Positions 9,319 through 20,303 of a DNA stretch of 64,000 nucleotides are shown piece by piece. Under the pieces are notes generated by a model. It had not been told where the DNA came from. It made no database searches and worked only from the letters and a program-made list of their open reading frames with translations. Positions within the stretch are counted from its first letter, which is position 1; the number at the start of each line of letters is the position of its first letter. A program made the position numbers and the translations under genes. The DNA is from an uncultured Campylobacter sp. (GTDB taxonomy: Bacteria > Campylobacterota > Campylobacteria > Campylobacterales > Campylobacteraceae), in assembly GCF_937980635.1 (NCBI RefSeq), contig NZ_CALJPG010000022.1, positions 38,516 through 102,515 of the forward strand, given 5' to 3'.

Positions 9319-10484
9319 GCCCGCACTATCTCGTCCAGGCTCTTGCGCAGGCGCGCAAAGCCCTCTTTGATCTCCGGTTTTTTGATATTTAGCGCAGGCA
9401 AAAATCTAAGGGTGCGCTTGCCGGATTTTAGGATCAAAAGTCCGTTTTGCAGGGCTTTGTTAAAGATCTCGCTCAGATTTTTTTCATCGCGCAGCACGAG
9501 GCCTTGCATCAGACCGAGCCCCACGCGCTTTTCGATCAGGCTAGGATAGTCTGCGGCGAGCCCGTCTAATTTTTTGATAAATCTTTTTATAGTCTTATCA
9601 AGCTTGCCGCTCGCTTTTAAAAACTGAAGCTGCGAAAGCACCGCAAGCGCCGTAGAGGTCGCCAAAAAGTTACCGCCGAAGGTGCTGCCGTGCTCGCCCG
9701 GAGCGAAAATGTTTTGCTGCGCCACGCACGCGCCGATCGGCACGCCGCCCGCAAGACCTTTGGCAAAGGTGATGATGTCGGGGCGGATATCGTAAATTTG
9801 CGACGTCGCGAACTCGCCCGTGCGATATACGCCGCACTGCACCTCATCGGTGATCAAAAGCAGCTTTTTCTCTTTCAAAACCGCCGCCAGCCTTTGCACG
9901 CTCGCCTTATCCAGAGGCTTGATACCGCCCTCGCCCTGGACTAGCTCGATCATCACGGCGACGCTGTTTTCATCGATATGCGCGATGATATCCTCGATAT
10001 CGTCGAAAAATTTAAATCCGGGCATATAGGGCGCAAAAATTTCCGGATGAAATTTTTCCTGCCCGGTAGCTTGCAGCGTCGCTAGCGTGCGGCCGTGGAA
10101 GGAATTTCGCAGAGTTAGAATTTCAAATTTCTTATTAGGGAAGTTTACTGTGCCGTATTTACGCGCCATTTTGATCGCCGCTTCGTTCGCCTCCGCGCCA
10201 GAGTTACAAAACACGGCGTAACTGCGATACCCCAAAAGCTCGCTAATCTTTTGAGCCAGGGCTTCTTGAGGCAGAATTCTATAGATATTTGAGCCGTGGA
10301 TGATCTGCGCAGCTTGCGTGCCGATCGCTTCTAAGACGATTTCGTTTGCGTGCCCCAGGCAGTTTACGCCGATGCCCGCGCCAAAATCCACGTAGTCCTT
10401 GCCCGCTTCATCATAGACTATCGAGCCCTCGCCTCTTACTAGCGCTACGTTTACGCGCGCAAAATTATCCATCAAATAGTTCAT
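9315..10484 (-). CDS. argD: acetylornithine aminotransferase (class III PLP aminotransferase)
   Basis: VRGEGS.VYD..G..Y.DF..GIGVN.LGH, DEVQCG..RTG and TFAKGLAGG (PLP lysine) motifs. Confidence 0.85.
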   Translation of the reverse strand: MNYLMDNFARVNVALVRGEGSIVYDEAGKDYVDFGAGIGVNCLGHANEIVLEAIGTQAAQIIHGSNIYRILPQEALAQKISELLGYRSYAVFCNSGAEANEAAIKMARKYGTVNFPNKKFEILTLRNSFHGRTLATLQATGQEKFHPEIFAPYMPGFKFFDDIEDIIAHIDENSVAVMIELVQGEGGIKPLDKASVQRLAAVLKEKKLLLITDEVQCGVYRTGEFATSQIYDIRPDIITFAKGLAGGVPIGACVAQQNIFAPGEHGSTFGGNFLATSTALAVLSQLQFLKASGKLDKTIKRFIKKLDGLAADYPSLIEKRVGLGLMQGLVLRDEKNLSEIFNKALQNGLLILKSGKRTLRFLPALNIKKPEIKEGFARLRKSLDEIVRA

Positions 10485-11098
10485 TTTTTATACTCCACTT
10501 TAGGCAGATGCCAAGATTTGTAATAAGCCACCATGCGAAACGCAACCCCTAAAACCAGCAAAATAAGCACCGAAACTACGCCGCTAAGCCCCAATCCATC
10601 AAGCACGAAATATATCAAGCCCACGCCCATGCTTATCGTGCCATAAAGCCCCGTATGTAAAAACCACGGCACTTCGTTCAGCAGTACGTCGCGTAAAATG
10701 CCGCCGCCCACGCCGTTGCAAAATGCGATTAGCACCACGCCAAAAACATTATGATTATAGCTTAGCGCAACCATCGCTCCCACGATCGAAAAGCTTACGA
10801 CGTCGATCGCATCGGTTAGAATAAATAAAAATTTACCCTCCAAATCGCGGTTTTCGTAAAGTTTGGCAAAAATGGCTACGGCGCTTACCGCGAGCACGAT
10901 GGTTACGGGCGCGTAGTGCGTGAACGAGTAGATCTCGCGACTTACCAAGGTATCGCGCATGATCCCGCCGCCAAGCGCAGTCAAAAACGCCGCGATAAAG
11001 ATCCCAAGCCAATCGCAGCCCTTCTTTACGCCGAATAAAAACCCGCTAAGCGCCGCCGAAGCGATGCCTACGCACTCAGTAAGCTCTAAAATACTCAT
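10481..11098 (-). CDS. TRIC/UPF0126 (YadS-like) trimeric intracellular cation channel family membrane protein
   Basis: Duplicated GGGI(M/L)RD motif (LGGGIMRDTL and VGGGILRDVL). Start moved to ATG 11098 (MSILEL...). The upstream 108 codons of the long ORF run through AAATTT-rich spacer. Confidence 0.8.
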   Translation of the reverse strand: MSILELTECVGIASAALSGFLFGVKKGCDWLGIFIAAFLTALGGGIMRDTLVSREIYSFTHYAPVTIVLAVSAVAIFAKLYENRDLEGKFLFILTDAIDVVSFSIVGAMVALSYNHNVFGVVLIAFCNGVGGGILRDVLLNEVPWFLHTGLYGTISMGVGLIYFVLDGLGLSGVVSVLILLVLGVAFRMVAYYKSWHLPKVEYKK

Positions 11099-11664
11099 AT
11101 CACAAACCGCTAAAATCCTTTTAAAAACGCATTTTACAACAACTAAATATAAATTTCGGTAAAGCGCGATGAGCGGGAGAAATTTAGGCGCTGCGGGATA
11201 AATTTCGGAACGTCGGATAAAATTTGAGCGCGATGAATTGAAATCTACGCAGCAGAATTTTGTTAGGCAGTATTTTATGCGGCAAAATTCTACACGGCTA
11301 AAATACGGCGCCGTCAGGGCGCAAATATAAAATTTAGACTTGAAATTTGTAAACGGCTGCGGAGATAAAATTTCACAGAATTTTATCGCGGCTAAAACAT
11401 ACGGCGTCGCAGTCTGGCGCAAATTTTAGCTTTAAATTTACGGCACGTGCGCACTAGAAATAATTTAGCGCCAACAAGACGGGCTCTATATTTACACTAA
11501 TGGCACATAAATTTTGATTTGAAATTGCGCCCTTGTTTTGGCGCCGTGTTTTGCCGCTATAAAATTTTATGAAATTTTACGACGACCTAGCCCGCGCGGA
11601 ATTATACGTAAAATTTTAAAATTTAGCGATCGAATTCTGCGTGGAATTTTACGCCCCCGCTAGA

Positions 11665-12711
11665 TTATTGCAGTCTTTCTTTTAAAATTTCCCAAATACC
11701 GGGCATTGCCAGCAGTCCGTTATGCCGCGCATCTGGTATTTCATAAAATAGATCGCCCGCCTTAAGAGATCCCGCAAGATCATACGAGTGATGCACCGGT
11801 ATCAGCTCGTCGGCGGCGCCGTGGATGAGCGTGATCTGCGTGCTGCGCGCCGCTTGCAAAAATTCCGCAGTCGGAATCTTGTAGCGGATCAAAAATTTCG
11901 GCACGAAGGGGATCTTTTCGTGCGCAAGCCGCTCGAAGCTAAAATAGGGTGCGAGCAAAATCAGCCGTGCCGCATCCCACTTCGCGGCCTGCTGCGCCGC
12001 GATGCCGCTTCCGATCGAGTAGCCGATCATCGCGAGCTTTCTTGGTGGATGCTGCTCAAAAACGTAGCGGCTCATCGCATCCGCACTCGCCAAAAGCTGC
12101 TGCTGCGATGAAATTTTGCCGTCCGATTTACCGTAGCCCGGGTAATCGAAAATATAAAAATCGTATCCCAAAGCCGCAAAATCCGCGCCGTATGCGCCCC
12201 AGCCGCTCACGTCGCCGAAGTTGCCGTGAAAGAATAAAATCGCGCCTTTAGGCTCTGCCGCGCTAAATTTCAGCCCGTTTATAGACCCGCCCCCAAACGG
12301 GATATTGATCTCTTGAAATTTTATCACAGCAGCGTTTGCGTTATTGCCTGCAGCGACGTCCTGAGAAGTATTTTCGCCGATATGCTCGCCGTTAGTTTGA
12401 GCGTTTTTGTTTTTGATCTTATCAGCTGCGGCGGCGTTTTCTTTTGTACCGCTCGCTGCAGAAGCGCTTTCATCTGCGCTGCTCTTCGTAGAGGCGCTAT
12501 TTTGCGTAGCGGACGCCTGCATATCTAAATGCGCGCCGCTCTCGGGCGCGTTCACAAGTCCTGCAAATTCGGAATTTTCAAAGCTAAATTTGAAGTTTTT
12601 ATCCAGCGGCTCGCCCAAAAATATCAGCCGCTCCTGAAAGATATAAAGTGCCACCGCGATCGCCGCATAAAGGCATGCCGCGATAACGCACAGCCTAAAT
12701 AAAACTTTCAT
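11665..12711 (-). CDS. alpha/beta hydrolase with N-terminal membrane anchor and low-complexity insert
   Basis: Nucleophile elbow GYSIGSG, FFHGN oxyanion region and HGAADELIP...H at the C-terminus. Insert at about aa 50-128 (Ala/Ser/Asn-rich). Confidence 0.75.
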   Translation of the reverse strand: MKVLFRLCVIAACLYAAIAVALYIFQERLIFLGEPLDKNFKFSFENSEFAGLVNAPESGAHLDMQASATQNSASTKSSADESASAASGTKENAAAADKIKNKNAQTNGEHIGENTSQDVAAGNNANAAVIKFQEINIPFGGGSINGLKFSAAEPKGAILFFHGNFGDVSGWGAYGADFAALGYDFYIFDYPGYGKSDGKISSQQQLLASADAMSRYVFEQHPPRKLAMIGYSIGSGIAAQQAAKWDAARLILLAPYFSFERLAHEKIPFVPKFLIRYKIPTAEFLQAARSTQITLIHGAADELIPVHHSYDLAGSLKAGDLFYEIPDARHNGLLAMPGIWEILKERLQ

Positions 12712-12830
12712 CGCCGTCCTTTAAATTTAAAGCCGAGACGCAAAATTCCGCCTCGGTACGCAAACGTGACACGCGAAATTTAGCCGTGAGCGCAAAAGCG
12801 CGCAGCAGCATGCAAAATCCAGTCTCGCCG

Positions 12831-13418
12831 CTAAGCTTTAAACTCGCTCAAAAACCACTGAAACGCCAAGATCAGCCCCGGCGCGCGCACGATCTTTTCG
12901 TCAAACATAAACTCCCGCGCCTTAGCCGCAGGCAGGTAGAAAAGCTCGATCTTCTCGCCGTCCACGCCGCCGCTGCTACCGATCTTCATCGATTCGTCGA
13001 TGCACGCGAAGTATAAAATTTGACGGTTCGCTGCAAAGCCCAGGGCGCTGTAGTAGCTCGTGATAAATTTCAAATCCTTCACGGCATAGCCTGTCTCCTC
13101 GAGCACCTCTTCGATCGCCGTTTGCTCCTCGCTGATGCCCTTGTCTAAAATGCCCGCGCAAAGCTCATAGGTGTAGCCCTTCTCGGGCGAATTTATCAAA
13201 TTTTCCTCTTGATAAAACCACACGCTGGGGCGAAACTGCTTAACGAGCAAAAGCGCGTCGCGCTGCGTATGGTAGAGCAAAATCGAGACGCTATCGTGCA
13301 CCTTTACGCAGTCCCATGCGCGCGCTACGCCGTCCATTTCGAAATTTAAGCGAAAGGGTTTAACGAAATTTGAGCTTTTAAGCTCGGAAATTTTGAAATT
13401 TTTTATAGTAGTATCCAC
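12831..13418 (-). CDS. NUDIX hydrolase (ADP-ribose pyrophosphatase-like)
   Basis: Nudix box AGILDKGISEEQTAIEEVLEETGY (G-x5-E-x7-REUxEExGU pattern). Confidence 0.85.
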   Translation of the reverse strand: MDTTIKNFKISELKSSNFVKPFRLNFEMDGVARAWDCVKVHDSVSILLYHTQRDALLLVKQFRPSVWFYQEENLINSPEKGYTYELCAGILDKGISEEQTAIEEVLEETGYAVKDLKFITSYYSALGFAANRQILYFACIDESMKIGSSGGVDGEKIELFYLPAAKAREFMFDEKIVRAPGLILAFQWFLSEFKA

Positions 13419-14782
13419 GTCGCAAGTCCTAAAAAGCTAAAAAATCCTACGATATCCGTTACCGTGGTAAGCAGGACGGAGCTGCCGACGGCGGGGTCGA
13501 TATTTAATTTTTTAAGCGTGATTGGAATGACGGCGCCAAAAAGCCCCGCAAGAGTTAAATTTAGCACCATCGACATCGCAATCACTAGCCCCAAAAGCTT
13601 AATACCGAACCAAAAATACGCCACAAACCCCATCAGCGTGGCAAAAATGAGGCCATTTATGAAAGCGATCGTGATCTCGCGAAAGAGAACCTGCTTTTTG
13701 TCTTTAAACGCTATCTCGCCCAAGGCTAGGCGGCGCACGGTTACCGTAAGCGCCTGCGTGCCGGTATTGCCGCCCATGGAGGCGACTATTGGCATAAGCA
13801 CGGCGAGTGCGACCAACTTCTCGATAGTGGCGTCAAAAAGCCCGATGATCGTGGAGCTTACGATCGCCGTGCATAAATTTACCGCTAGCCACAAGGCGCG
13901 CGCGCGACCCGCTTTAAAGATCGTAGTTTCATCGTCCTCCGCTTCGTCATCGACGCCCGCGAGGTTGTAAATTTGCTCGGTGGCGCGCTCTTGGATGAGA
14001 TCGTGGATATCATCGGCGGTAATCCGCCCGATAAGCACGCCGTTAGCATCGACTACAGGAATGACATTAAGATCGAATTCCTCAAAATCCTTGATCACAT
14101 CGTCGATCTTATCGGTATCGGTGGCGAAGTGGATTTTATTTTCGGCGCCGAATTTTTGTGAAATTTCTTCCAGCGTGAGCGAAAAATCGTATAAAATCAG
14201 ATCGGACGTCGAAAAGGTAGTAAGCAGATGTCCCTTTTTATCGAGCACGAAGAGCTGAAAGACATTCTCGATCTCGTCCTTTTCGCGCATAACGCGCAGC
14301 ATCTCGACCGCCTGCCCCAAGGTCTGATCCTGCCTCGTGCTAAAGACCTCGGTCTGCATATACGCGCCCGCCTCATCTTCGCTATATTTGGAGATAGTAA
14401 GAATATCGTGGCGATCGTCCTCATCAAGCCCGTAGAAAATCTGCTCGGCCTTGTCCTCGTCGATTTCGCCGATATTTTGCAAAAGCTCCGCCTGATCGTC
14501 GCTTTCGAGCTCCTCGATCGCTTTGACGATCTTTTCGTGAGGCAGAGTTTCGATGACGTCTTCGAGCATATGCTCGGGCATCTCAAGCGCAGCATCGGCA
14601 AGATCCTCAGGATCTAGCTTTTTTAAGAATTCTACGTATTTTTCTTCGTCGTGCTTCTTTAGAGTTTTTAAATGCTCCGTAAGATCGGCGGCACTCAGCT
14701 CATGCTCAAGCGTATCGCCTAGATGCGCATCAAGAAGCGCCTTAGCTTCCTCGACGTCGTCCAGCTGCTCTTTATTTTCCAT
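13403..14782 (-). CDS. mgtE: magnesium transporter MgtE
   Basis: MgtE N-domain, tandem CBS region and C-terminal TM domain with MGGNTGTQ and DIVGFFSFLG motifs. Confidence 0.95.
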   Translation of the reverse strand: MENKEQLDDVEEAKALLDAHLGDTLEHELSAADLTEHLKTLKKHDEEKYVEFLKKLDPEDLADAALEMPEHMLEDVIETLPHEKIVKAIEELESDDQAELLQNIGEIDEDKAEQIFYGLDEDDRHDILTISKYSEDEAGAYMQTEVFSTRQDQTLGQAVEMLRVMREKDEIENVFQLFVLDKKGHLLTTFSTSDLILYDFSLTLEEISQKFGAENKIHFATDTDKIDDVIKDFEEFDLNVIPVVDANGVLIGRITADDIHDLIQERATEQIYNLAGVDDEAEDDETTIFKAGRARALWLAVNLCTAIVSSTIIGLFDATIEKLVALAVLMPIVASMGGNTGTQALTVTVRRLALGEIAFKDKKQVLFREITIAFINGLIFATLMGFVAYFWFGIKLLGLVIAMSMVLNLTLAGLFGAVIPITLKKLNIDPAVGSSVLLTTVTDIVGFFSFLGLATWILL

Positions 14783-14790
14783 TTTTGGCC

Positions 14791-15960
14791 TTAATTTATC
14801 GTGATAAGCGACTCGTAGTTTTCAAATTTAGCAGGGTTTTTCGAGCCGTCTTTAGCCGCAGCTATTCTAGCATCCATATCTTTGACGAGAGCTTTAAATT
14901 TAAGCTCCTCAGCGCTTATAACGTTAGTTTTTTCAATCTTGACTACTTTAAGGGGATCTATCGCCTGCTTATTTTTATAAAGTCCGAAGTGCAGATGCGG
15001 TCCCGAACTAAGCCCGGTCGAGCCCACGTAGGCGATTAATTGACCTTGCTTGACGCTAACGCCTGCTTTCGTGCCGCTAGCAAAGCCGCTAAGATGCGCA
15101 TAAAGCGTGCTAATACCGCCTCCGTGGTTGATTTCAACGGTATTGCCGTAGCCGTTTTTACGCCCTACGAAGCTAATCTTGCCCGCCCCTGCGGCATTTA
15201 CCCTAGTGCCTTTGGGGGCTGCATAATCTACGCCTAAGTGCGCGCGATATCGCTTTAAAATCGGATGAAATCTTTTAGGAGTAAAATAGGATGAAATTCT
15301 AGTATAAACAAGCGGTGTGATTAGTAGAAAAGATTCGACCTTTTTACCGCTTCGGTCGTAGTATTTATCGTCGAAAAAATATAGCGATTTGGGCTTTTTA
15401 TTTTCCTCGATCATTCCTGCGGTAATATTTACTCCGCCAAAAGGCTTGCCAAGGCGCGTTTTTTGTTCGTATAGGATCACGAGCCGATCGCCCTTTTGCA
15501 GCTTTTTAAAATTTACCTCATTTTTAAAAACAAGCATAAACTCATTCGCTAAAGCCGCATTGCCCGTAGCTTTGATGATGTCTTGATAGGGCGAGCTTTC
15601 GATCTGAATTCCTAAAGAGTAGCTGTTTTCCTCATAAACTATCGGAGTATAAACGAATCTAAAAGTGCCGAATTTATCTCGGTAGATGTGGATCTGAAGC
15701 TCCTCACTAACGGGGATTAGCAGCTGGGAGACACGGCCTGCGGGATCACGCAAAATTTGACACTCCACGCCCGCGCGCACCTCGGCGGCAAGCTCCTGAT
15801 CCTCTTTATCCAGGTCGTAATATACAGATGCGGGGATGCCCGCGGTTTCCATAAATTGCAGCAGACTCACGCCATCGGGCCAGGCAAACTTCTCTACGCT
15901 GGGGTTGTTCGCAAAAACTACGCCTATCCACAGAAAAAGCAATATAAAAATTCTAGTCAT
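14791..15960 (-). CDS. M23 family metallopeptidase (secreted)
   Basis: Signal peptide. HLGVDYAAPKGT and GSTGLSSGPHLHF (HxxxD ... HxH zinc ligands). Confidence 0.9.
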   Translation of the reverse strand: MTRIFILLFLWIGVVFANNPSVEKFAWPDGVSLLQFMETAGIPASVYYDLDKEDQELAAEVRAGVECQILRDPAGRVSQLLIPVSEELQIHIYRDKFGTFRFVYTPIVYEENSYSLGIQIESSPYQDIIKATGNAALANEFMLVFKNEVNFKKLQKGDRLVILYEQKTRLGKPFGGVNITAGMIEENKKPKSLYFFDDKYYDRSGKKVESFLLITPLVYTRISSYFTPKRFHPILKRYRAHLGVDYAAPKGTRVNAAGAGKISFVGRKNGYGNTVEINHGGGISTLYAHLSGFASGTKAGVSVKQGQLIAYVGSTGLSSGPHLHFGLYKNKQAIDPLKVVKIEKTNVISAEELKFKALVKDMDARIAAAKDGSKNPAKFENYESLITIN

Positions 15961-16098
15961 ATAAAACCGCTTTGAAATATTATTTTAAGGCGGGATTGTA
16001 ACGAAAAAACGCTTATATTTCGTAAATACCGCGGAATTTTATCGCTAATTTCAAAGTTTTATGTATAATTAGCCGAAATTTTATTCAGGAGCAGAATT

Positions 16099-16827
16099 TT
16101 GAAAAAAGCTTTACTTATTTTAGGTCTATTTTTAAGTGCGGCGATAGGAGCGGAATTTAATATGCCGCGATACGAAACCGCCTTACTTAGCGTAAAGGAT
16201 GGTTCGGGCGAGATCACAGATAGCCCTACGATTGCCGTAGGTAGCAGCGGAGTGGTGATGCATAATTTCGGTAGCGGCGCAAGCTCCATCATCGCGCGCG
16301 CAGTCGTGACGCAAAAAAGCGCAGGCAAGGCAAAGGTGCGATTTGAGGTCTTTGATATGTTAACTCAAGAGGCGCTGCCACTGCCTAAAATTTTACCCTC
16401 AAGCGGCGATAAAGTGATCTTAAATTTCCTCTATGACCGCGCCATAATCGTCGCGCCTAACGCTGAAATTTACGAGCAGGTTATCAAGGCTTTTCCGAAT
16501 ATAAATTTTATCCACCCGGATCTTGGCGGCGCCTATCTTAGCTATAACCACAAGCCAAATCCTAGCCGCGACGATTTTCGTAAAATTTGCGCGCAAAACA
16601 GCGCCGGACTGATTTTTATCGCGATGGATAAACAAGGCGTATTTGCCGACTGCGGCAGCTTCAAGCCTTTGCGCACGTTCGCTAGTGGCAGCGTAGCTTA
16701 TTATCAGCTGCCATTTTACTCACGCGTAGGCGAGATAAAGACCGTCATTTGGGATTTTACTAACGGCCCGATCAGCGATTACGACAAGCACTACCGTTAT
16801 TTGCTGGGCTTAGACGGCGATGAATAG
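16099..16827 (+). CDS. secreted protein, plasminogen-binding PgbA N-terminal-like
   Basis: TTG start after a GGAG RBS, with a signal peptide. Similarity to the epsilonproteobacterial PgbA_N family is recalled, not verified. Confidence 0.5.
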   Translation: MKKALLILGLFLSAAIGAEFNMPRYETALLSVKDGSGEITDSPTIAVGSSGVVMHNFGSGASSIIARAVVTQKSAGKAKVRFEVFDMLTQEALPLPKILPSSGDKVILNFLYDRAIIVAPNAEIYEQVIKAFPNINFIHPDLGGAYLSYNHKPNPSRDDFRKICAQNSAGLIFIAMDKQGVFADCGSFKPLRTFASGSVAYYQLPFYSRVGEIKTVIWDFTNGPISDYDKHYRYLLGLDGDE

Positions 16828-18202
16828 CGCCGCGCGAGCGTTTTTTACAAATCTATTAGGCGCAGATAACGCCTATTTTGACGAGGCTCATCGCACGGCA
16901 TACTGCTACGACGCGACGAAAAGACGCTGCCTGCCGGACGGCGTGCTTTTCCCGCGAAGTGAGGACGATGTCAGTCAAATTTTAAAATTCTGCAACGAAA
17001 ATTTAATCCCCGTAGTTCCAAGAGGCGCAGGTAGCGGTTTTACGGGTGGATCTTTAGCTGCAAACGGCGGAGTGATTTTGGCATTTGAAAAGCATATGAA
17101 TAAAATTCTAGAAATCGACATGCAAAATCTACTCGCCGTAGTCCAACCCGGCTGTATAAATATCGATCTGCAAAAAGCAGCCGCAGCGCGCGGGCTGTTT
17201 TATCCACCCGATCCTGCAAGCCAGGATTATTCCACGCTAGGAGGCAATGTCGCCGAAAACTCAGGCGGTATGCGCGCGGCAAAATACGGCATCACCAAAG
17301 ACTACGTAATGGCACTGCGAGCGGTACTGCCTAATGGCGAGGTAATTCGAGCGGGTAAACGCACTATAAAAGATGTCGCAGGCTTCAACGTGGCAGGAAT
17401 TTTAATCGCAAGCGAAGGTGCGCTTGCTGTCATCACCGAAATCACGCTCAAGCTCATCCCAATGCCAAAGCTTAAAAAGACCGCGATGGGCGTTTTTCCT
17501 AGCGTAGATGCGGCAATGAATGCCGTGTATAAGACGATGGCTGCCGGTATCACGCCCGTGGCGATGGAATTTTTAGACGCGCTGTGCATAGCCGCGGTCG
17601 AGGAGAAATTTCACAAGGGCTTGCCGAAGGGTGCGGGCGCGATTTTGATCTGCGAAACAGACGGCAATTTAGAAGCAGTGCTTTTGGAGGAGCTCGCGCT
17701 CATAAAAGAAATTTTCGTTCAAAACGGCGCGAGCGACTTTCGCATCGCAGAAAGCGAAGAGGAGCGCGCGGGCATTTGGTTTGCGAGACGCAACTGCTCG
17801 CAGGCGATCAATATCTACGGCACGCTTAAGCTAAATGAGGACATCACCGTCCCGCGCTCGCAGCTGCCCGAGCTACTGCGCCGTATCGCGTGCATCGGCG
17901 ATAAATACGGCGTGCGCGTGCCCTGTTTCGGGCACACGGGCGACGGCAATGTCCACACCAACGTCATGGTCGCCGACAAAAAAGATGAAGCTCAAGTGCG
18001 ACGCGGACATGACGCAATCACCGAAATTTTCAAAGCTGCAGTTGGTCTTGGCGGTACGCTCAGCGGCGAGCACGGCATCGGGCTAAGCAAAGCAGAATTT
18101 ATGCCACTAGCTTTTAGCGCAGCAGAGATGGAGCTATTTCGCGCAATCAAAAGGGCTTTTGATCCAAAAGGCATCTTAAATCCCGGAAAAATGGGGCTTT
18201 AA
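16820..18202 (+). CDS. glcD: FAD-linked oxidase, glycolate oxidase subunit GlcD-like
   Basis: FAD_binding_4 motifs PRGAGSGFTGG and C-terminal GEHGIGLSK...DPKGILNPGK. Confidence 0.9.
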   Translation: MNSAARAFFTNLLGADNAYFDEAHRTAYCYDATKRRCLPDGVLFPRSEDDVSQILKFCNENLIPVVPRGAGSGFTGGSLAANGGVILAFEKHMNKILEIDMQNLLAVVQPGCINIDLQKAAAARGLFYPPDPASQDYSTLGGNVAENSGGMRAAKYGITKDYVMALRAVLPNGEVIRAGKRTIKDVAGFNVAGILIASEGALAVITEITLKLIPMPKLKKTAMGVFPSVDAAMNAVYKTMAAGITPVAMEFLDALCIAAVEEKFHKGLPKGAGAILICETDGNLEAVLLEELALIKEIFVQNGASDFRIAESEEERAGIWFARRNCSQAINIYGTLKLNEDITVPRSQLPELLRRIACIGDKYGVRVPCFGHTGDGNVHTNVMVADKKDEAQVRRGHDAITEIFKAAVGLGGTLSGEHGIGLSKAEFMPLAFSAAEMELFRAIKRAFDPKGILNPGKMGL

Positions 18203-18837
18203 AATTAAAATCCTCATCCAACTTCTACGGTGATTTGAAATCGATTTATCCCGCTTACCCCATCTAAAATTCTACTTTCTTACAATATGCCTGCTTAAAA
18301 TTTATCTTGCTTGCAATTTAGCTTATTTACAGGCTACTTCGAGTTAGTTTTAAGCTTGATCTACCCATTGACAGATCGATTTTGCTTGCTTTGCAATGAA
18401 TAATTTTACTTGTTTATTGATAGATTCCATCCACTTGAGAATTGATTTTACTTACTTCGCAGATTGATTATCCCGTGCGATCTTTTTCGGATATTTTTGC
18501 CATATCAGCTGTGATTGCATAGCTACTCGCTAATTTGCACAATTTTTTCTCTTTCAGGGATGCGCTAGGATTATGATGAAATCCCTATATCGCGATGGAT
18601 AAGTCTATGACAAATTAAAATTATGTCAATAAAATCCATAGCATAGATTAAATTCCAAACTTCCAAAATACTGAAATTTTAAAATCACTATCTATCGCCA
18701 TTATCGCAATATGCGAAATTTCAGCAATAAAATTTAAAGATAAAATTCCGCAAAATTTCATAAAATCCCATAAAGCTCCGCAAAATTTCTAAGTTAATTT
18801 CGATCTCGCCGTGTTATCATCTAGTTAGCCCTGCCAT
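18203..18837. repeat. AT-rich noncoding spacer with degenerate 20-25 nt pyrimidine-rich repeats
   Basis: Series gatttatcccgcttac / aaattctactttcttac / aaatttatcttgcttgc / aatttagcttatttac / gattttgcttgctttgc / aattttacttgtttattg / gattttacttacttcgc. No ORF of 60 aa or more. Confidence 0.4.
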
Positions 18838-19524
18838 CTATTTAGTAGCATTAGCCTCGCTTGCATTTATTTTATTCATCGCGGCTACTACGTTGCAGCT
18901 AAACTCCGCTCCCAGCTTGCAGGCTTTGTCGTAGTAGATCATCGCTTTATCCAGATCCGGCTCGCCAAATTCCTTCTTTGAATACGCTAGCCCGACCCTC
19001 TGGCATCCCTCCGCCAAAGCAGCATCGCAAGATTTGAGGAAAAACTTAAGAGCGCTCTGATAGTCTTTTTCTTCGTAGCTAGCGACCGCAGCGTTTAAGC
19101 AGCCCTCGCCTAGTCCCAAATCGCATGATTTAGCAAAAAAAGTGAACGTATTTTTCTTATCCGCATTTTTATAAGAGATTATCGCGGCGTTGTAGCAAGC
19201 TTTGGCGGCTCCCAGCTCGCACGCTTTGGAATAAAACCGCGCGGACTTGCCCTTATCTTTCGTAGTTTTATATAAATTCTGCTCGTCGTAATATAAATCT
19301 CCCGCGATAGCACAGCTATTTTCCAGCCCCGCTTCACAAGCTTTTTCAAACGGCTTTTTTGCTGCCTCATAATCGCGCTCCTCAAGCAAATATGCTCCGT
19401 AATCTTCGCACGAATTAGCCCTACCGATGCCGCATCCGACAAATGAGACCGCCTGCGGGAAAAATATCTGCGCGAGCAAGTAGGCTGCTACGATTAGTGC
19501 GGCAATCGACGCTAAAATTTTCAT
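18838..19524 (-). CDS. Sel1-like repeat, Hcp-type cysteine-rich secreted protein
   Basis: Signal/anchor helix followed by repeated A..FY.KAC.LG...C motifs with paired cysteines spaced about 36 aa apart. Confidence 0.85.
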   Translation of the reverse strand: MKILASIAALIVAAYLLAQIFFPQAVSFVGCGIGRANSCEDYGAYLLEERDYEAAKKPFEKACEAGLENSCAIAGDLYYDEQNLYKTTKDKGKSARFYSKACELGAAKACYNAAIISYKNADKKNTFTFFAKSCDLGLGEGCLNAAVASYEEKDYQSALKFFLKSCDAALAEGCQRVGLAYSKKEFGEPDLDKAMIYYDKACKLGAEFSCNVVAAMNKINASEANATK

Positions 19525-20303
19525 TTTTGCTCCTTTTAAATTTTAAAAATAATTATAGCAAAAAGCGAGGGATAAAATTTTAATTTTTGATAATAGCTGT
19601 GAAATTTCCGGCGAATTCTCGTAAAATTCCTATCAAAATCCCAAGCAAAATTTTAAATAAAATTCTAAACGGAGCTTTGAGCGGAATTTTAAAAAGGCAA
19701 ATTAAAATTTTACTTGCAAGATTGTTTTTATGGCTGGCTTGCCTCAATTTTTACTCGCACGTCTATGCGGTATCCACGGCGCCTGCAGTATTTATAATAA
19801 AGCATTTAATCCTGAGGTCTGAAACACCTACAGCCTCTACAATGGTGATTTATCAGAGCGATAATCTAGTGTGTAAAATATTTTGTCGCGTACCAAGCCC
19901 GCAACAAGCATCTTGCCACGCCCTAGAAAACTTTTGAAAATTTCGCATTGTTGCTTAGAAATTTTAAAAAATTTTACGCCACCATCTTTTAAATTTTATC
20001 TTAGAAATCGGCTTGCCTATGCCAAAATCGCAGGCGTAATGCGTCTTTAGGCATTTTGGCTCAATACCCATGATTCTTAGATCCACACCACTTAGATATG
20101 TGAGTCTTAAAATAATCAAGGCCGCGCAGTATCTGTATCGCGCATGTAAATTTCATCTATGTAGGCGCACCCACACATCATCCATGAGCACCATATTTAC
20201 CGCGATTCCGCGTGCTGTATCCAAAGCGTATCGGCTGCGAACGATAAATTTCCACCTCTTACCGCCTGCGCGATCCATAAAATTTATCCTCTCAGCCTTG
20301 CAT

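Noticed and set aside
11099-11422. 108-codon N-terminal extension of the TRIC-family ORF
   Set aside because: The extension runs through AAATTT-rich spacer and gives a Cys/Phe/Lys-rich nonsense-like translation. The conserved protein begins at MSILEL (ATG 11098).
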